A stretch of 64,000 nucleotides of DNA from an uncultured Alphaproteobacteria bacterium (GCA_963818775.1 CAWFUF010000029.1:1918-65917); one strand, 5' to 3'. Shown: positions 1 to 9,122, counted from the stretch's first letter. Program-made: numbers and translations. The notes: generated from the sequence alone by a model not told the origin.

Positions 1-947
1 GCGGTCACGATTCGATCAGCGGCGCGATCGTGCGTGCCTGCTTCAACCTTGACCTGCCGCCACATCGCATCGCCAAGCTGTCCGGCATCGGCTGCTCGTC
101 CAAGACGCCGACGTACTTTCTGGGCGCCTCGCATGGGTTCAATTCGGTGCACGGACGCATGCCGTCGGTGCTCACCGGCGCCAATCTGGCGAACCGCGAC
201 CTGATCTATCTGGGCGTGTCCGGCGACGGCGACAGCGCTTCGATCGGCATCGGCCAATTCGCGCACATCATGCGGCGCGGCGTGAACATGACCTATATCG
301 TCGAGAACAATGGCGTTTATGGTCTGACCAAGGGGCAGTTCTCCGCAACCTCGGATCGCGGCGCCAAGAGCCGGCGCGGCGTCGAGAACACCAATTCGGC
401 GATCGACCTGGTCGGCATGGCTCTCCAGCTCGGCGCCACCTTCGTCGCGCGCAGCTTCTCGGGCGACAAGGACCAGCTCATCCCGCTGATCGAGGCAGCG
501 CTGAAGCACCAGGGCGCCGCGTTCATCGATTGCATATCGCCTTGCGTCGCGTTCAACAACCACGAAGGCTCGCACACCAGCTTCGACTATGTGCGCGAGC
601 ATAATCTGGCGGTGAACTATCTCGACGTGATCACCGGACGCGAGGAGATCACGGTGGAATATGCCGCCGGCACGGTGGAGATGGTGAAACAGCATGACGG
701 CTCCGTCCTGCGGCTGCGCAAGCTCGCCAACGATTACGACGTGCATGACCGCATCGCTGCGATGACCTACCTGCAGGAGCGCCACGCGGCGGGCGAGATC
801 GTCACCGGCCTGCTGTATGTCGATCCGGATCCGGTGGACCTGCACACGCACTTGAACACGGTGGCGGTGCCGTTCAACGGAATGGACGAAGCGGCGCTGT
901 GCCCGGGTTCCGCGGCGCTAGAGAAATTGAACGCGTCGCTCCGCTAG
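1..947 (+). CDS. korB: 2-oxoglutarate/2-oxoacid:ferredoxin oxidoreductase, beta (TPP-binding) subunit; 5' end cut by window edge
   Basis: ORF 30..947 stays open back to nt 3 (GHDSISGAI...). Motifs GIGCSSK, GDGDSASIG and VENNGVYGLTKGQ are typical of KorB/OorB beta subunits. Confidence 0.8.
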   Translation, partial: GHDSISGAIVRACFNLDLPPHRIAKLSGIGCSSKTPTYFLGASHGFNSVHGRMPSVLTGANLANRDLIYLGVSGDGDSASIGIGQFAHIMRRGVNMTYIVENNGVYGLTKGQFSATSDRGAKSRRGVENTNSAIDLVGMALQLGATFVARSFSGDKDQLIPLIEAALKHQGAAFIDCISPCVAFNNHEGSHTSFDYVREHNLAVNYLDVITGREEITVEYAAGTVEMVKQHDGSVLRLRKLANDYDVHDRIAAMTYLQERHAAGEIVTGLLYVDPDPVDLHTHLNTVAVPFNGMDEAALCPGSAALEKLNASLR

Positions 948-965
948 CCTTCTCGCGCATGATCC

Positions 966-1400
966 ATGATGCTGAACATCACCCGGCGCATCGTGCTCGG
1001 AACCCTCGCTGCGGTGCCGTCTGCCATACCCTGAATAATCCGCGCGCAGAGCACATCCAAACCAGTGCGCATCGGTCTGCTCAGCGATATGGGTGGCCCG
1101 TATCGCGATGTCGGCGGCCCTGGCAACCGCGTCGCCGTCGAACTGGCGATCGAGGATTTCGGCGGTTCGGTACTGGGCAGGCCGATTGAGGTGCTACAGG
1201 GCGATGACCAGAACAAGCCGGATGTGGCGAGTTCGCTGGCGCGAATGGATCGACAATCAGGGCATCGACGTGCTTGCCGATGGTGCTGCCTCTTCGTCGG
1301 GCCTCGCCATTCAGCAGGTCTGCCGCGAGGCGCTCGCGGCGACACCTGGTTTTTCATCACCGCCGACTATGTTCGGCTACGCGCTGGAACGCGATGGGTG
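966..1400 (+). pseudogene. decayed Leu/Ile/Val-type ABC substrate-binding protein (LivK-like) remnant
   Basis: A signal-like MMLNITRRIVLGTLAAVPSAIP is followed by a stop. Family-like segments continue in two other frames (RIGLLSDMGGPYRDVGGPGNRVAVELAIEDFGG; WIDNQGIDVLADGAASSSGLAIQQVCREA; TWFFITADY / FGYALERD), and the middle of the protein is missing. Confidence 0.6.
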
Positions 1401-1725
1401 ATCTGCCCGTGATGGTCCTCGCTTAAAAAGACCAATGACCACGTGCCGGCGGTATGCGTGCTCGACTGAGCAAATGCTGCGATCGGCAGCATGAGGTTAA
1501 CTGCCAAGCCGAGTGCGTACCGCATTCTGAAAAACCCTCCCGTTGCACTTTCCTCGACAAGTGTCATTGCATGCAGCAATCGACGGCGCGGCAAAGTCGG
1601 CCGCCGAATAGCCTTCGCCCGCGGCGAGTTTTAAATTCTGCACCGCGGAAGATCCGGCACGCACCAGTCGTCAAGCTCCCCTACCGCAAGACTCACGCCC
1701 GTTGGCCGGCCGATGCATTCGACGT

Positions 1726-2574
1726 TCAGGTCCACTCGGGAATCGCCGGAACGGACAGGCGCTCAACCTCGGGCAGATCAAAGCCGAAATGCTCGGCCAG
1801 CAGTCCACGCAGAGCAGCACGATCCGCCAGTTCCGTTGCGGTTGATTGATCAGCCCCGCGGAGAAACGTCACGTTCCGATTCATGACATTGACGCGTCCC
1901 TCGGGAGTGACCGCGCTCAGAAAGATCCAGTTCACGAATGGAGATTTCGGGTGAGTGGCGATGTAGTGGTTGAACACTTCGAAGTCCAAAGGGTTCTCCA
2001 CTTCCAGCGTGGACGCCCAGCCGGCTACAGGCTCCCTGTTTTCCCGCGTGACGTGAAGCACCCAGAAGTTGCCGTCGCGCTGCATCCAGTGCGTTGTCTG
2101 GCCCGGAGACAAATCCACAAGCGGCACCGGATAGCGGGGTGCGAACGGACCAAAGCCGGGATCGGCAACATAGGTCGCGCCCCCGACCGCCACGGTCATG
2201 AACACGTGGGTCCGCTTCGCTTCGGTCAAGGGCCCAAACAGAACAACTCGCGCGGCGTGACGGGCGACCTTGAAACCGAGCGCCTCGAGCACGGCGGCGA
2301 ACAGGGCGGCGTGCTCGAAACAATATCCACCGCGGCGGGCACCGACGATTTTGTGCTGAAGACCGTCAAGGTCGAGACGCACCGTTCGGCCGAGCAGTAC
2401 GTCAAGGTTCTCAAACGGGATATGCGCCGTATGGGCCTCTATCAGCCCCGCCAACGTCTCAAGCGTCGGGTAGCGGCCACCGGACCAATGAATGCGCTGG
2501 AAATAGGCGTCCAGGTCTATGGTGGCGGTCACGGATTTTCTCCAGTTCGATGGTGGACAGATGCTATGCGACAC
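1726..2574 (-). CDS. arylamine N-acetyltransferase (NAT family)
   Basis: 282-aa ORF with IPFENLDVLLGR and RGGYCFEHAALFAAVLEALGF (catalytic Cys context) plus a downstream H...D, as in NAT enzymes. Confidence 0.85.
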   Translation of the reverse strand: MSHSICPPSNWRKSVTATIDLDAYFQRIHWSGGRYPTLETLAGLIEAHTAHIPFENLDVLLGRTVRLDLDGLQHKIVGARRGGYCFEHAALFAAVLEALGFKVARHAARVVLFGPLTEAKRTHVFMTVAVGGATYVADPGFGPFAPRYPVPLVDLSPGQTTHWMQRDGNFWVLHVTRENREPVAGWASTLEVENPLDFEVFNHYIATHPKSPFVNWIFLSAVTPEGRVNVMNRNVTFLRGADQSTATELADRAALRGLLAEHFGFDLPEVERLSVPAIPEWT

Positions 2575-2796
2575 TCATAAACGGAGAAAGGGCCGGCCGC
2601 TGTGCCTCTACAACTAAGAGTCGCATCCGGCAGGTCACGCCGACAACATTCTTATACTTTGGAATTCCGCGCAGACAAAGCCTGTGATTGTGCTGCCGGG
2701 TTCCTTGATTTCTGCCGGAAATAGCCAGGCTCAGTTGACAGACCAATAATCTGGGGGTTATGATTTGCGGCCAAGTTCACGTGAGGCCGCTCCGCT

Positions 2797-3120
2797 ATGA
2801 AACCGTCGGCCGATAGCCTCTTTAAGGCGCTGGGCGACCCAACGCGGCGCGCCATTTTTCAGGAGCTCAGCCGGAGAGGTGAGCAGACAGTGCATGTCTT
2901 GACGGAATTCTCCGGTGTGTCGCAGCCCGCTGTGTCAAAACATTTGGCCGTACTGAAGCTCGCTGGGCTTGTGCGGGTCCGCCGCGAGGGTCGCGAAGCG
3001 CATTATCGCGTTCGCCCTGATGGGATCGCGCCATTGGTCGATTGGCTCAGTTTCTACAGCGCTTTTTGGCACGAGCGCTTCGACCGCCTGGAAGACCTGT
3101 TGAAGAGGATGGACCAATGA
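2797..3120 (+). CDS. ArsR/SmtB-family transcriptional regulator
   Basis: 107 aa; LGDPTRRAIFQEL...SQPAVSKHLAVLKLAGLV winged-HTH signature. Confidence 0.85.
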   Translation: MKPSADSLFKALGDPTRRAIFQELSRRGEQTVHVLTEFSGVSQPAVSKHLAVLKLAGLVRVRREGREAHYRVRPDGIAPLVDWLSFYSAFWHERFDRLEDLLKRMDQ

Positions 3121-3527
3121 ACGCAGCGTCGACCGAAGCGCTCTCCGTCGTTGTCGAGCGTGAGATACCTCATCCGCCAGAAAAGATCTGGCGCGCGCTC
3201 ACGCAGCCACACCTGATCGAGGAGTGGCTCATGAAGAGCGACTTCAAGCCTGTCGTGGACCATCGCTTCAACCTTCGCGCGGACTGGGGTACTGTCGGCT
3301 GTCAGGTAATGGCAGTCGAGCCAAACAAAGCGCTGTCCTACACGTGGGCGGCGTATGGTCTCGAGAGTATCGTCACCTGGACTCTCACCCCGACGAGCAC
3401 GGGAACCCACCTGCGCATGGAACAGTCGGGCTTCCGGCCGGATCAGCAGCAGGCCTACCAGGGCGCCAAGGGCGGGTGGCGGCAGTTCTTTGCGAAGCTG
3501 GAGCAGGTATTGGCGCGGATGGATTGA
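3117..3527 (+). CDS. SRPBCC/Aha1-domain protein (activator of Hsp90 ATPase homologue-like)
   Basis: The ATG at 3117 overlaps the arsR-like stop (ATGA). PPEKIWRALTQPHLIEEWLM and SYTW...WTL...GTHLRMEQSGF are typical of AHSA1/SRPBCC partners of ArsR regulators. Confidence 0.8.
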   Translation: MNAASTEALSVVVEREIPHPPEKIWRALTQPHLIEEWLMKSDFKPVVDHRFNLRADWGTVGCQVMAVEPNKALSYTWAAYGLESIVTWTLTPTSTGTHLRMEQSGFRPDQQQAYQGAKGGWRQFFAKLEQVLARMD

Positions 3528-3603
3528 AATCTGCCGACCAGTTCAAAGTCGAATGCAGGAACGATGCCTGCCTCATGCAGGCCTGCGCAGAGGTGCAAAC
3601 AAC

Positions 3604-4008
3604 ATGAGAGAGAGCACAACGACCAAGGGCGAATCCCCTTCTCGGCTGATCGACGCGAGGATCAAGGAACTGGACGACTGGAGGGGCAAGACGCTTTCCC
3701 AAGTCCGCGCGCTCATCAAACAGGCCAACGCCGAAGTCGTCGAGGAATGGAAGTGGCGAGGCGTTCCTGTTTGGTATCATAGTGGAATGATCTGCACCGG
3801 CGAGACGCACAAGAGCGTCGTGAAGCTGACATTCGCCAAGGGCGCTTCGCTCAAGGACCCCGCAGGTCTGTTCAACTCCAGCCTTGAAGGCAAGGTCAGG
3901 CGCGCCATCGATATCCATGAGGGTGATGAAATAGATGAGGATGCCTTCAAGACGCTCATACGCGCCGCTGCGGCCCTGAACATGTCATCGTCAAAGAAAC
4001 GGAACTAA
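3604..4008 (+). CDS. DUF1801 (YdhG-like) domain protein
   Basis: In-frame ATG at 3604. IDARIKELDDWRGKTLSQVRALIKQA...VEEWKWRGVPVW...FAKGASLKDP matches the YdhG-like family pattern. Confidence 0.75.
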   Translation: MRESTTTKGESPSRLIDARIKELDDWRGKTLSQVRALIKQANAEVVEEWKWRGVPVWYHSGMICTGETHKSVVKLTFAKGASLKDPAGLFNSSLEGKVRRAIDIHEGDEIDEDAFKTLIRAAAALNMSSSKKRN

Positions 4009-4109
4009 AACCAGCAGAGCCAGTCCGAGGCAGGAAGCCACCCAAGGAGACTACAAAGCTGCGGGATGGTCCCGACCGTGGTGGCGAACCGGCGGCAATG
4101 AGGACGAGC

Positions 4110-4367
4110 TCATCGCACGTCGAGTGGACCATGCTGATTGAGAATTCCCGCGACCGCGTCCACATGGATCATGTCCACTGACACGGAAACGAAGGGGCGC
4201 CCCCCGTGATGCCCACCGTCCGACCCGGTGGGCATGATGCGCTCGTCCGGGTCATCGTTGACGTAGCGTCGGATGACCGCCGATGGGATCTGCGCCGCCT
4301 CAAGATCGCGGACAGCAGCATCCGCGGCTGATGCTGCGTCGAACTCGGCGACTACCATTTGAGTCAT
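4110..4367 (-). CDS. small YflT/GSP17M-like general stress protein (hypothetical)
   Basis: 85 aa with N-terminal VVAEFDAASAADAAVRDLEAAQIP resembling the general stress protein 17M-like domain. RBS GAGAGGAG lies upstream, and an EcfG-like promoter candidate lies 31 nt upstream. Confidence 0.5.
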   Translation of the reverse strand: MTQMVVAEFDAASAADAAVRDLEAAQIPSAVIRRYVNDDPDERIMPTGSDGGHHGGRPFVSVSVDMIHVDAVAGILNQHGPLDVR

Positions 4368-4398
4368 TGACCGCTTCTCCTCTCGGCTTCTCCAGGAG

Positions 4399-4424
4399 AA
4401 CGATCATCCGGGCGGCAGGTTCAC
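4399..4424 (-). promoter_or_regulatory. EcfG-type (general stress sigma) promoter candidate
   Basis: The minus strand reads GTGAAC-N16-CGTT. CGTT ends 31 nt before the ATG at 4367. Confidence 0.35.
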
Positions 4425-4535
4425 CCCCGGGCCATCACAGAGGCTTGGCGCGAAATCGTGCCGCGGGGGACAGGGCGCTCCACTCACACGCGGCACTCGT
4501 GGGACGACCTCGGCGGCAACGTCATGCGGGACTCG

Positions 4536-4733
4536 TCATGCAATTGCCTCGCCGGCGCCGTCACGCGATACGGTCTTCCGGTCGGCGGCAGCGGCCTCGT
4601 ACCTCTCGGCCAGCCGCAGCAAAGCGTCCGATACGTCGGACGTTGTCGCCGTCTCGGCCATCCGGCGCACTTCCGCGGCTCTGGCCAAGAGCTCTTCCAC
4701 TGTGCGGTGGGAGATTGGAACGTACCCATCCAT
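4536..4733 (-). CDS. small hypothetical protein
   Basis: 65-aa ORF, helical and Ala/Glu/Arg-rich (LLARAAEVRRMAE...LLRLAERYEAAAA). High GC3, no recognisable domain. Confidence 0.35.
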   Translation of the reverse strand: MDGYVPISHRTVEELLARAAEVRRMAETATTSDVSDALLRLAERYEAAAADRKTVSRDGAGEAIA

Positions 4734-4908
4734 TCCGGCATCCTAATCGAGTGAGCCTTTCCAGATGGTCAATCGAACGTTTCCTGCGCGTCACATCTGC
4801 GCTCGCGCAAGTCCCACGCCCCCTCCCCGACGGCTTCAGCGGCACTTGCCGCCGCAAGGTCGGCGAGCCAACATGGGCCGACCGGCATAACGATCAGGCG
4901 ACCGCCAC

Positions 4909-4933
4909 GGAAACCTCGCGCCTGATCGGCGTT
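4909..4933 (+). promoter_or_regulatory. EcfG-type promoter candidate upstream of the dodecin gene
   Basis: GGAAA-N16-CGTT (GGAAACCTCGCGCCTGATCGGCGTT). CGTT ends 30 nt before the ATG at 4964. Confidence 0.35.
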
Positions 4934-4963
4934 CTCGTTGCCAACCATCGAGGAGACCCGCAG

Positions 4964-5173
4964 ATGCCAGAGCATGTTTACAAAGTCGTCGAGATCGTCG
5001 GCTCGTCCGAGGAGAGCGTCAGCAAGGCGATCGACCGTGCCATCGAAAAGGCCGCCCTGACGTTGCGAAATATCGGCTGGTTCGAGGTGGAACAGGTGCG
5101 CGGGCACATCGAAAACGGCAAGGTGGCGCACTATCAGGTGACGCTGAAGCTGGGATTCCGCCTGGACGAGTAG
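4964..5173 (+). CDS. dodecin-family flavin-binding protein
   Basis: 69 aa: MPEHVYKVVEIVGSSEESVSKAIDRAIEKAALTLRNIGWFEVEQVRGHIENGKVAHYQVTLKLGF. RBS AGGAGA lies 8 nt upstream. Confidence 0.8.
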   Translation: MPEHVYKVVEIVGSSEESVSKAIDRAIEKAALTLRNIGWFEVEQVRGHIENGKVAHYQVTLKLGFRLDE

Positions 5174-5180
5174 TTCCCCC

Positions 5181-6413
5181 TCAGCGGCTCCCGGTCGGGA
5201 CCTGACTGAACGGCCTGTTCTTGTCGACGCGAATATCCGCCGGCAGGCCGAGTACGCGCTCGGCGATAATATTGCGCAATATCTCGTCCGACCCCCCGGC
5301 GATCCTCGCGCTCGGCGAGGACAGGAGTGCCTGCTGGAACATCCCATACGCCTCGGCCAAGTCGTCGTTCATCACCAGGCCCGCCATCCCCATCAGGTCC
5401 AGCCCATAGGACGCGATGTCCTGCAGCTTGCTCGCGTTGACCAGCTTGTGGATCGAATTCTCCGGTCCCGGTGTCTGGCCTCGCGACAATGCGGTCATGC
5501 TGCGGAAGCGGGTAAACTTCAGCCCCTGCGTCCGCGCATACCACTCGGCGATGCGCTCGCGCACCGCTCCATTGCGGATCGCGGCCACGCCATCCAGCGT
5601 CAAGGTCCGGCTCAGTTCCAACAGGTCCTCGACATCAGGACGATGCACCTCGCCCACCGCGAGACGCTCGTTCATCAACGTGGTGAGCGAGACTTTCCAC
5701 CCCTGCCCCACAGCACCGAGACGCTGCGCGTCCGGTACGCGCACATCGGTGAAGAAGACCTCGTTGAAGTGCGATGCGCCAGACATCTGGTGGATCGGCC
5801 GGATCTCAATCCCCGGGGATTGCATGTCGAGAAAGAAAAAGGTCAGGCCTTCGTGTTTCGGCACATTCGGGTCGGTGCGCACGACGATGATGCCGAAGTC
5901 CGACAGATGCGCGCCAGAGGTCCAGATCTTCTGCCCGTTGATGATCCAGTGGTCGCCGTCACGCTCCGCCCGGGTGCGCAGCGCCGCCAGATCGGATCCG
6001 CCCGCCGGCTCCGAGAACAACTGGCACCATACCTCCTCGCCGCGCAGCGCGGGTCGCACGTAGCGATCGAGCTGCTCAGGTTGCGCATAAGCCATCATCG
6101 TTGGGATGCACATGCCGAGACCGATCTCGAACAGACCGCGCGGCACTGCGTAGTTGTCTTCCTCCTGCTGGTAAATCACCTGTAGAATCGGCGATGCCTC
6201 TCGACCGCCGAACCTGCTCGGCCAGGTAAGGCCGGCAAATCCGGCATCGCACTTCATCGCCTGCCATTCTTTGCAGCGCTGCACCGCATCCGCGCCGAGA
6301 TCGCCCAGCCGCAGCACTGGTCGTGCCCGGCTCTTGGGTTCCGCATTGGCAGCCAGGAATGCGCGCGCCTCAGCCCGAAATGCAGCCTCTTCAGGGGTAT
6401 CGTTGAAGTCCAT
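5181..6413 (-). CDS. acyl-CoA dehydrogenase (catalytic-type subunit)
   Basis: 410 aa with the ACAD N, middle and C domain pattern. The C-terminal ARIAGGSDEILRNIIAE carries the usual catalytic Glu. Confidence 0.9.
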   Translation of the reverse strand: MDFNDTPEEAAFRAEARAFLAANAEPKSRARPVLRLGDLGADAVQRCKEWQAMKCDAGFAGLTWPSRFGGREASPILQVIYQQEEDNYAVPRGLFEIGLGMCIPTMMAYAQPEQLDRYVRPALRGEEVWCQLFSEPAGGSDLAALRTRAERDGDHWIINGQKIWTSGAHLSDFGIIVVRTDPNVPKHEGLTFFFLDMQSPGIEIRPIHQMSGASHFNEVFFTDVRVPDAQRLGAVGQGWKVSLTTLMNERLAVGEVHRPDVEDLLELSRTLTLDGVAAIRNGAVRERIAEWYARTQGLKFTRFRSMTALSRGQTPGPENSIHKLVNASKLQDIASYGLDLMGMAGLVMNDDLAEAYGMFQQALLSSPSARIAGGSDEILRNIIAERVLGLPADIRVDKNRPFSQVPTGSR

Positions 6414-6422
6414 CGGTGCCCT

Positions 6423-7535
6423 CTATGCTGCGTTGCGCATCTCGATCAACTCGACCAGTCGGTTCTTCCACCAAGGCGGCCCACCCAGCGCCAGAGCAAG
6501 CTGCTTGGAGCGCCGGTAATAAAGGTGGCAGTCAACGTCCCAGGTAAAGCCAATCCCGCCATGCGTCTGGATGTTCTCTTTCGACGCAAGGTGGAATGCC
6601 TCGGTTGCCGACACACGAGCCGTGGCCGCGGCCAGCGGCAGCTCGGCCGCATCCGACGCAAGCGCCCATGCACCGTAGTAGGCATTCGACCGGGCCAGTT
6701 CGATCGCGACATACACGTCGGCAAGCTTATGCTTGATCGCCTGGAATGACCCGATCGGCCGGCCGAACGCATACCGCTCCAGGGCGAAGTTGCGGGCCAT
6801 CTCCAGTGCGGCATCGGCGCCGCCAACCTGCTCGAATGCGACCAGGATTGCCGCCCGTTCCAGCAGACGCTGCACCACAGGCCAGCCTGTCTGTGAGCCA
6901 AGTTTTTCGACTTCGCTTGCGGCAAAATCGATGCGTGCGTGATTGCGGCTGGGATCGACGGTGCTCAGAATCCGTCGGCTCACGGTTGCCTCGGTGAGAT
7001 CGGCCAGCAGCAGCGCGATCTCGCCCCTCTCGTCTCGCGCCACGACGATGGCGAAATCAGCGGCGGTCCCGTCCATCACGGGCCATTTGCTGCCGCTCAG
7101 TTCTCCTCCAACAGATCGTATCCGCACACCGTCCGGATCGGGATTTCCCGTGCCCTCCGCCAAGGCCAGGCAGCCGATTGCCGAGCCGTGCGCGAGTTTC
7201 GGCAACAGGCGCCGCTTCTGCGCGTCGCTGCCTGCCAACAGCAAGGCCTCGGTGGCCAGATACGCAGATGAGGCGAAAGGCACCGGCGCCAACGCGCGGC
7301 CGAGTTCCTCTGCCAGCACGCATAATCCTTCATAACCAAGCCCGGCGCCACCAAACTGTTCGGGGATGGCGGCCCCAAGCCATCCCATCTCCGCCATCGC
7401 GTCCCAGAGGTTGGCGACGTGGGGCTCGTCGCCTTCGAGCACCTGTCGCACGATCTTAGCCGGCGACCGTTCGCTGAGGAACCGGCGTGCCTGATCGCGC
7501 AGCTGCTTCAGGTCGTCCGAGAAATCGAAATTCAT
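6423..7535 (-). CDS. acyl-CoA dehydrogenase family protein lacking the usual C-terminal catalytic Glu motif
   Basis: 370 aa with an ACAD fold (IQTHGGIGFTWDVDCHLYYRRSK), but the region equivalent to G-[ST]-x-E-I reads LGGPPWWKNRL. It lies 9 nt upstream of the partner ACAD. Confidence 0.85.
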   Translation of the reverse strand: MNFDFSDDLKQLRDQARRFLSERSPAKIVRQVLEGDEPHVANLWDAMAEMGWLGAAIPEQFGGAGLGYEGLCVLAEELGRALAPVPFASSAYLATEALLLAGSDAQKRRLLPKLAHGSAIGCLALAEGTGNPDPDGVRIRSVGGELSGSKWPVMDGTAADFAIVVARDERGEIALLLADLTEATVSRRILSTVDPSRNHARIDFAASEVEKLGSQTGWPVVQRLLERAAILVAFEQVGGADAALEMARNFALERYAFGRPIGSFQAIKHKLADVYVAIELARSNAYYGAWALASDAAELPLAAATARVSATEAFHLASKENIQTHGGIGFTWDVDCHLYYRRSKQLALALGGPPWWKNRLVELIEMRNAA

Positions 7536-7655
7536 CGACCCACCGCGCGATTGTGACCGACTAGACCGCCCACCCTACAGGCCGCCCAGGACGTTGACCA
7601 CGACTGACCAACAACTCGTGCCATGGTTCGCCCGCGGCGCCCCAGACGCGCCGCA

Positions 7656-8402
7656 TCAATCGGCGACGAACGCGCGATACGTCTCCACCATATCCGCTAC
7701 CGCCGCCCGATAGATCTGCGCGCCGTGCTCCGGCGTGGACAAGGACGGATCGGAGCCGATCCGCCCGTCAGGGAAGCGGCGACGATAGTCCGCGCAGTCG
7801 AAGAAGCCCGTGCTCCTTGGCGCAACCTTCGGCGACATCTGCGCGTATTTGATCGCCTGCGGCTGGTAGTGCTGCGCCAGCGACACCTCCGACGCCGTGG
7901 CGTGGCTGCCGTTCGCATCGCCGTACAGTTCCTTGGCCACTGCGGCGGAGCGCGGTCCCTGCGACCAGAACACCATCTTGCAGCGCACCGGCGACAACTC
8001 GCTAGGGCCGCGCATCGATGACGCGGCATAGATTTCGTCGAATGCCGCCGTCACGGTGGCGACGTTGCCGCCGTGGCCATTGATGAACAGGAAGCGTTCG
8101 AAGCCGTGCTTCATCAACGAGGTCACCACGTCACCCACCAACCCGATCAGCGTCGATGGCCGCAGCGTGATGGAGCCGGCGAAGCCAAGATGGTGCTGCG
8201 ACATGCCGATAGTGAGCGTCGGCGCGACCAGGCAGCCGATCTCATCGCCCACGCCGCGCGCAACAAATTCCGCATCCAGATGGTCGGTACCGATCAGGCC
8301 GTTCGGCCCGTGCTGTTCGGTCGAGCCGATCGGGATGATGATGCCGCGCGACGAACGCAGGTAGTCCTCGACCTCATGCCAGGTGGACAGCGCAAGCTGC
8401 AT
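7656..8402 (-). CDS. creatininase-family amidohydrolase
   Basis: IIPIGSTEQHGPNGLIGTD and FINGHGGN motifs. Start set at ATG 8402, which follows a strong GGAGAGGAG RBS; the track ORF starts at a TTG 18 nt upstream. Confidence 0.85.
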   Translation of the reverse strand: MQLALSTWHEVEDYLRSSRGIIIPIGSTEQHGPNGLIGTDHLDAEFVARGVGDEIGCLVAPTLTIGMSQHHLGFAGSITLRPSTLIGLVGDVVTSLMKHGFERFLFINGHGGNVATVTAAFDEIYAASSMRGPSELSPVRCKMVFWSQGPRSAAVAKELYGDANGSHATASEVSLAQHYQPQAIKYAQMSPKVAPRSTGFFDCADYRRRFPDGRIGSDPSLSTPEHGAQIYRAAVADMVETYRAFVAD

Positions 8403-8497
8403 GGGCGTTCTCCTCTCCAATACCGCATCTTGCAGGCCGGCGCCCTGGCCCGCAATTGTCTCACCAGACGATCAGGCGATTGCAGGAGGCAGCCAAC

Positions 8498-9067
8498 GTG
8501 GCAGGCCGCATCGAGGGTTACGCCATCATCTCCGAGGACGGCATGCTGGCAAACTCCGCGCGGATCATGCCAAACTCGCTCAAGTTCGAAGCCGATCAGC
8601 GGTTCTTCGAGCGTGGGCTCGACGGGGTCGATGTCGTTGTGCACGGGCGCCACTCGCAGGAGCAGCAGCCACGTTCGCACCTGCGCCACCGGCTGATACT
8701 GACGCGCAGAGTCGCGGCCACCGCGCGGCACCCGTCGAACGAATGGGCTCTGCTATGGAACCCAGCGGGTGCGTCATTTGAGGCGGCATTGAGCGCACTT
8801 GGCACTCCTGACGCCAGCGTCGGTGTCATTGGCGGCGCGGAGGTGTTCGCGTTGTTCCTCGACCGCTACGACGGATTTTATCTCTCACGCGCACCCAATG
8901 TGCGTCTGCCAGGTGGCCGCCCTGTCTTTCCGGAGGTGCCCATGCGGACACCCGGGCAGATATTGGCAGCCCATGGCCTCCATCCCGACGAGCCAGAAAT
9001 GCTTGACCCCGCAAAGGGCCTCACGATGGTGAGATGGCGACGCAAGAAAGTCACATTTACGCCATAG
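8498..9067 (+). CDS. dihydrofolate reductase-like (RibD C-terminal domain) family protein
   Basis: GTG at 8498 follows AGGAGG by 8 nt. GYAIISEDGMLA...VVVHGRHS...VIGGAEVFALFLDRYDGFYLS resembles the DHFR-like fold family. Confidence 0.6.
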   Translation: MAGRIEGYAIISEDGMLANSARIMPNSLKFEADQRFFERGLDGVDVVVHGRHSQEQQPRSHLRHRLILTRRVAATARHPSNEWALLWNPAGASFEAALSALGTPDASVGVIGGAEVFALFLDRYDGFYLSRAPNVRLPGGRPVFPEVPMRTPGQILAAHGLHPDEPEMLDPAKGLTMVRWRRKKVTFTP

Positions 9068-9091
9068 AGTGAGGTGTTTCCCTGGCGAAAT

Positions 9092-9122
9092 GCTATATGC
9101 CGGATATGAAACGGCATATAGC
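9092..9122 (+). other. perfect 10-bp stem hairpin downstream of the DHFR-like gene
   Basis: GCTATATGCC-(11 nt)-GGCATATAGC, starting 25 nt after the stop. It is AT-rich and has no clear U-tract. Confidence 0.3.

Noticed and set aside
1367-1594. A 75-aa minus-strand ORF with a signal-peptide-like MRYALGLAVNLMLPIAAFAQS.
   Set aside because: It lies in the decayed region next to the LivK-like remnant, has no RBS and ends in nonsense-like sequence. It is possibly another fragment, but the support is insufficient.
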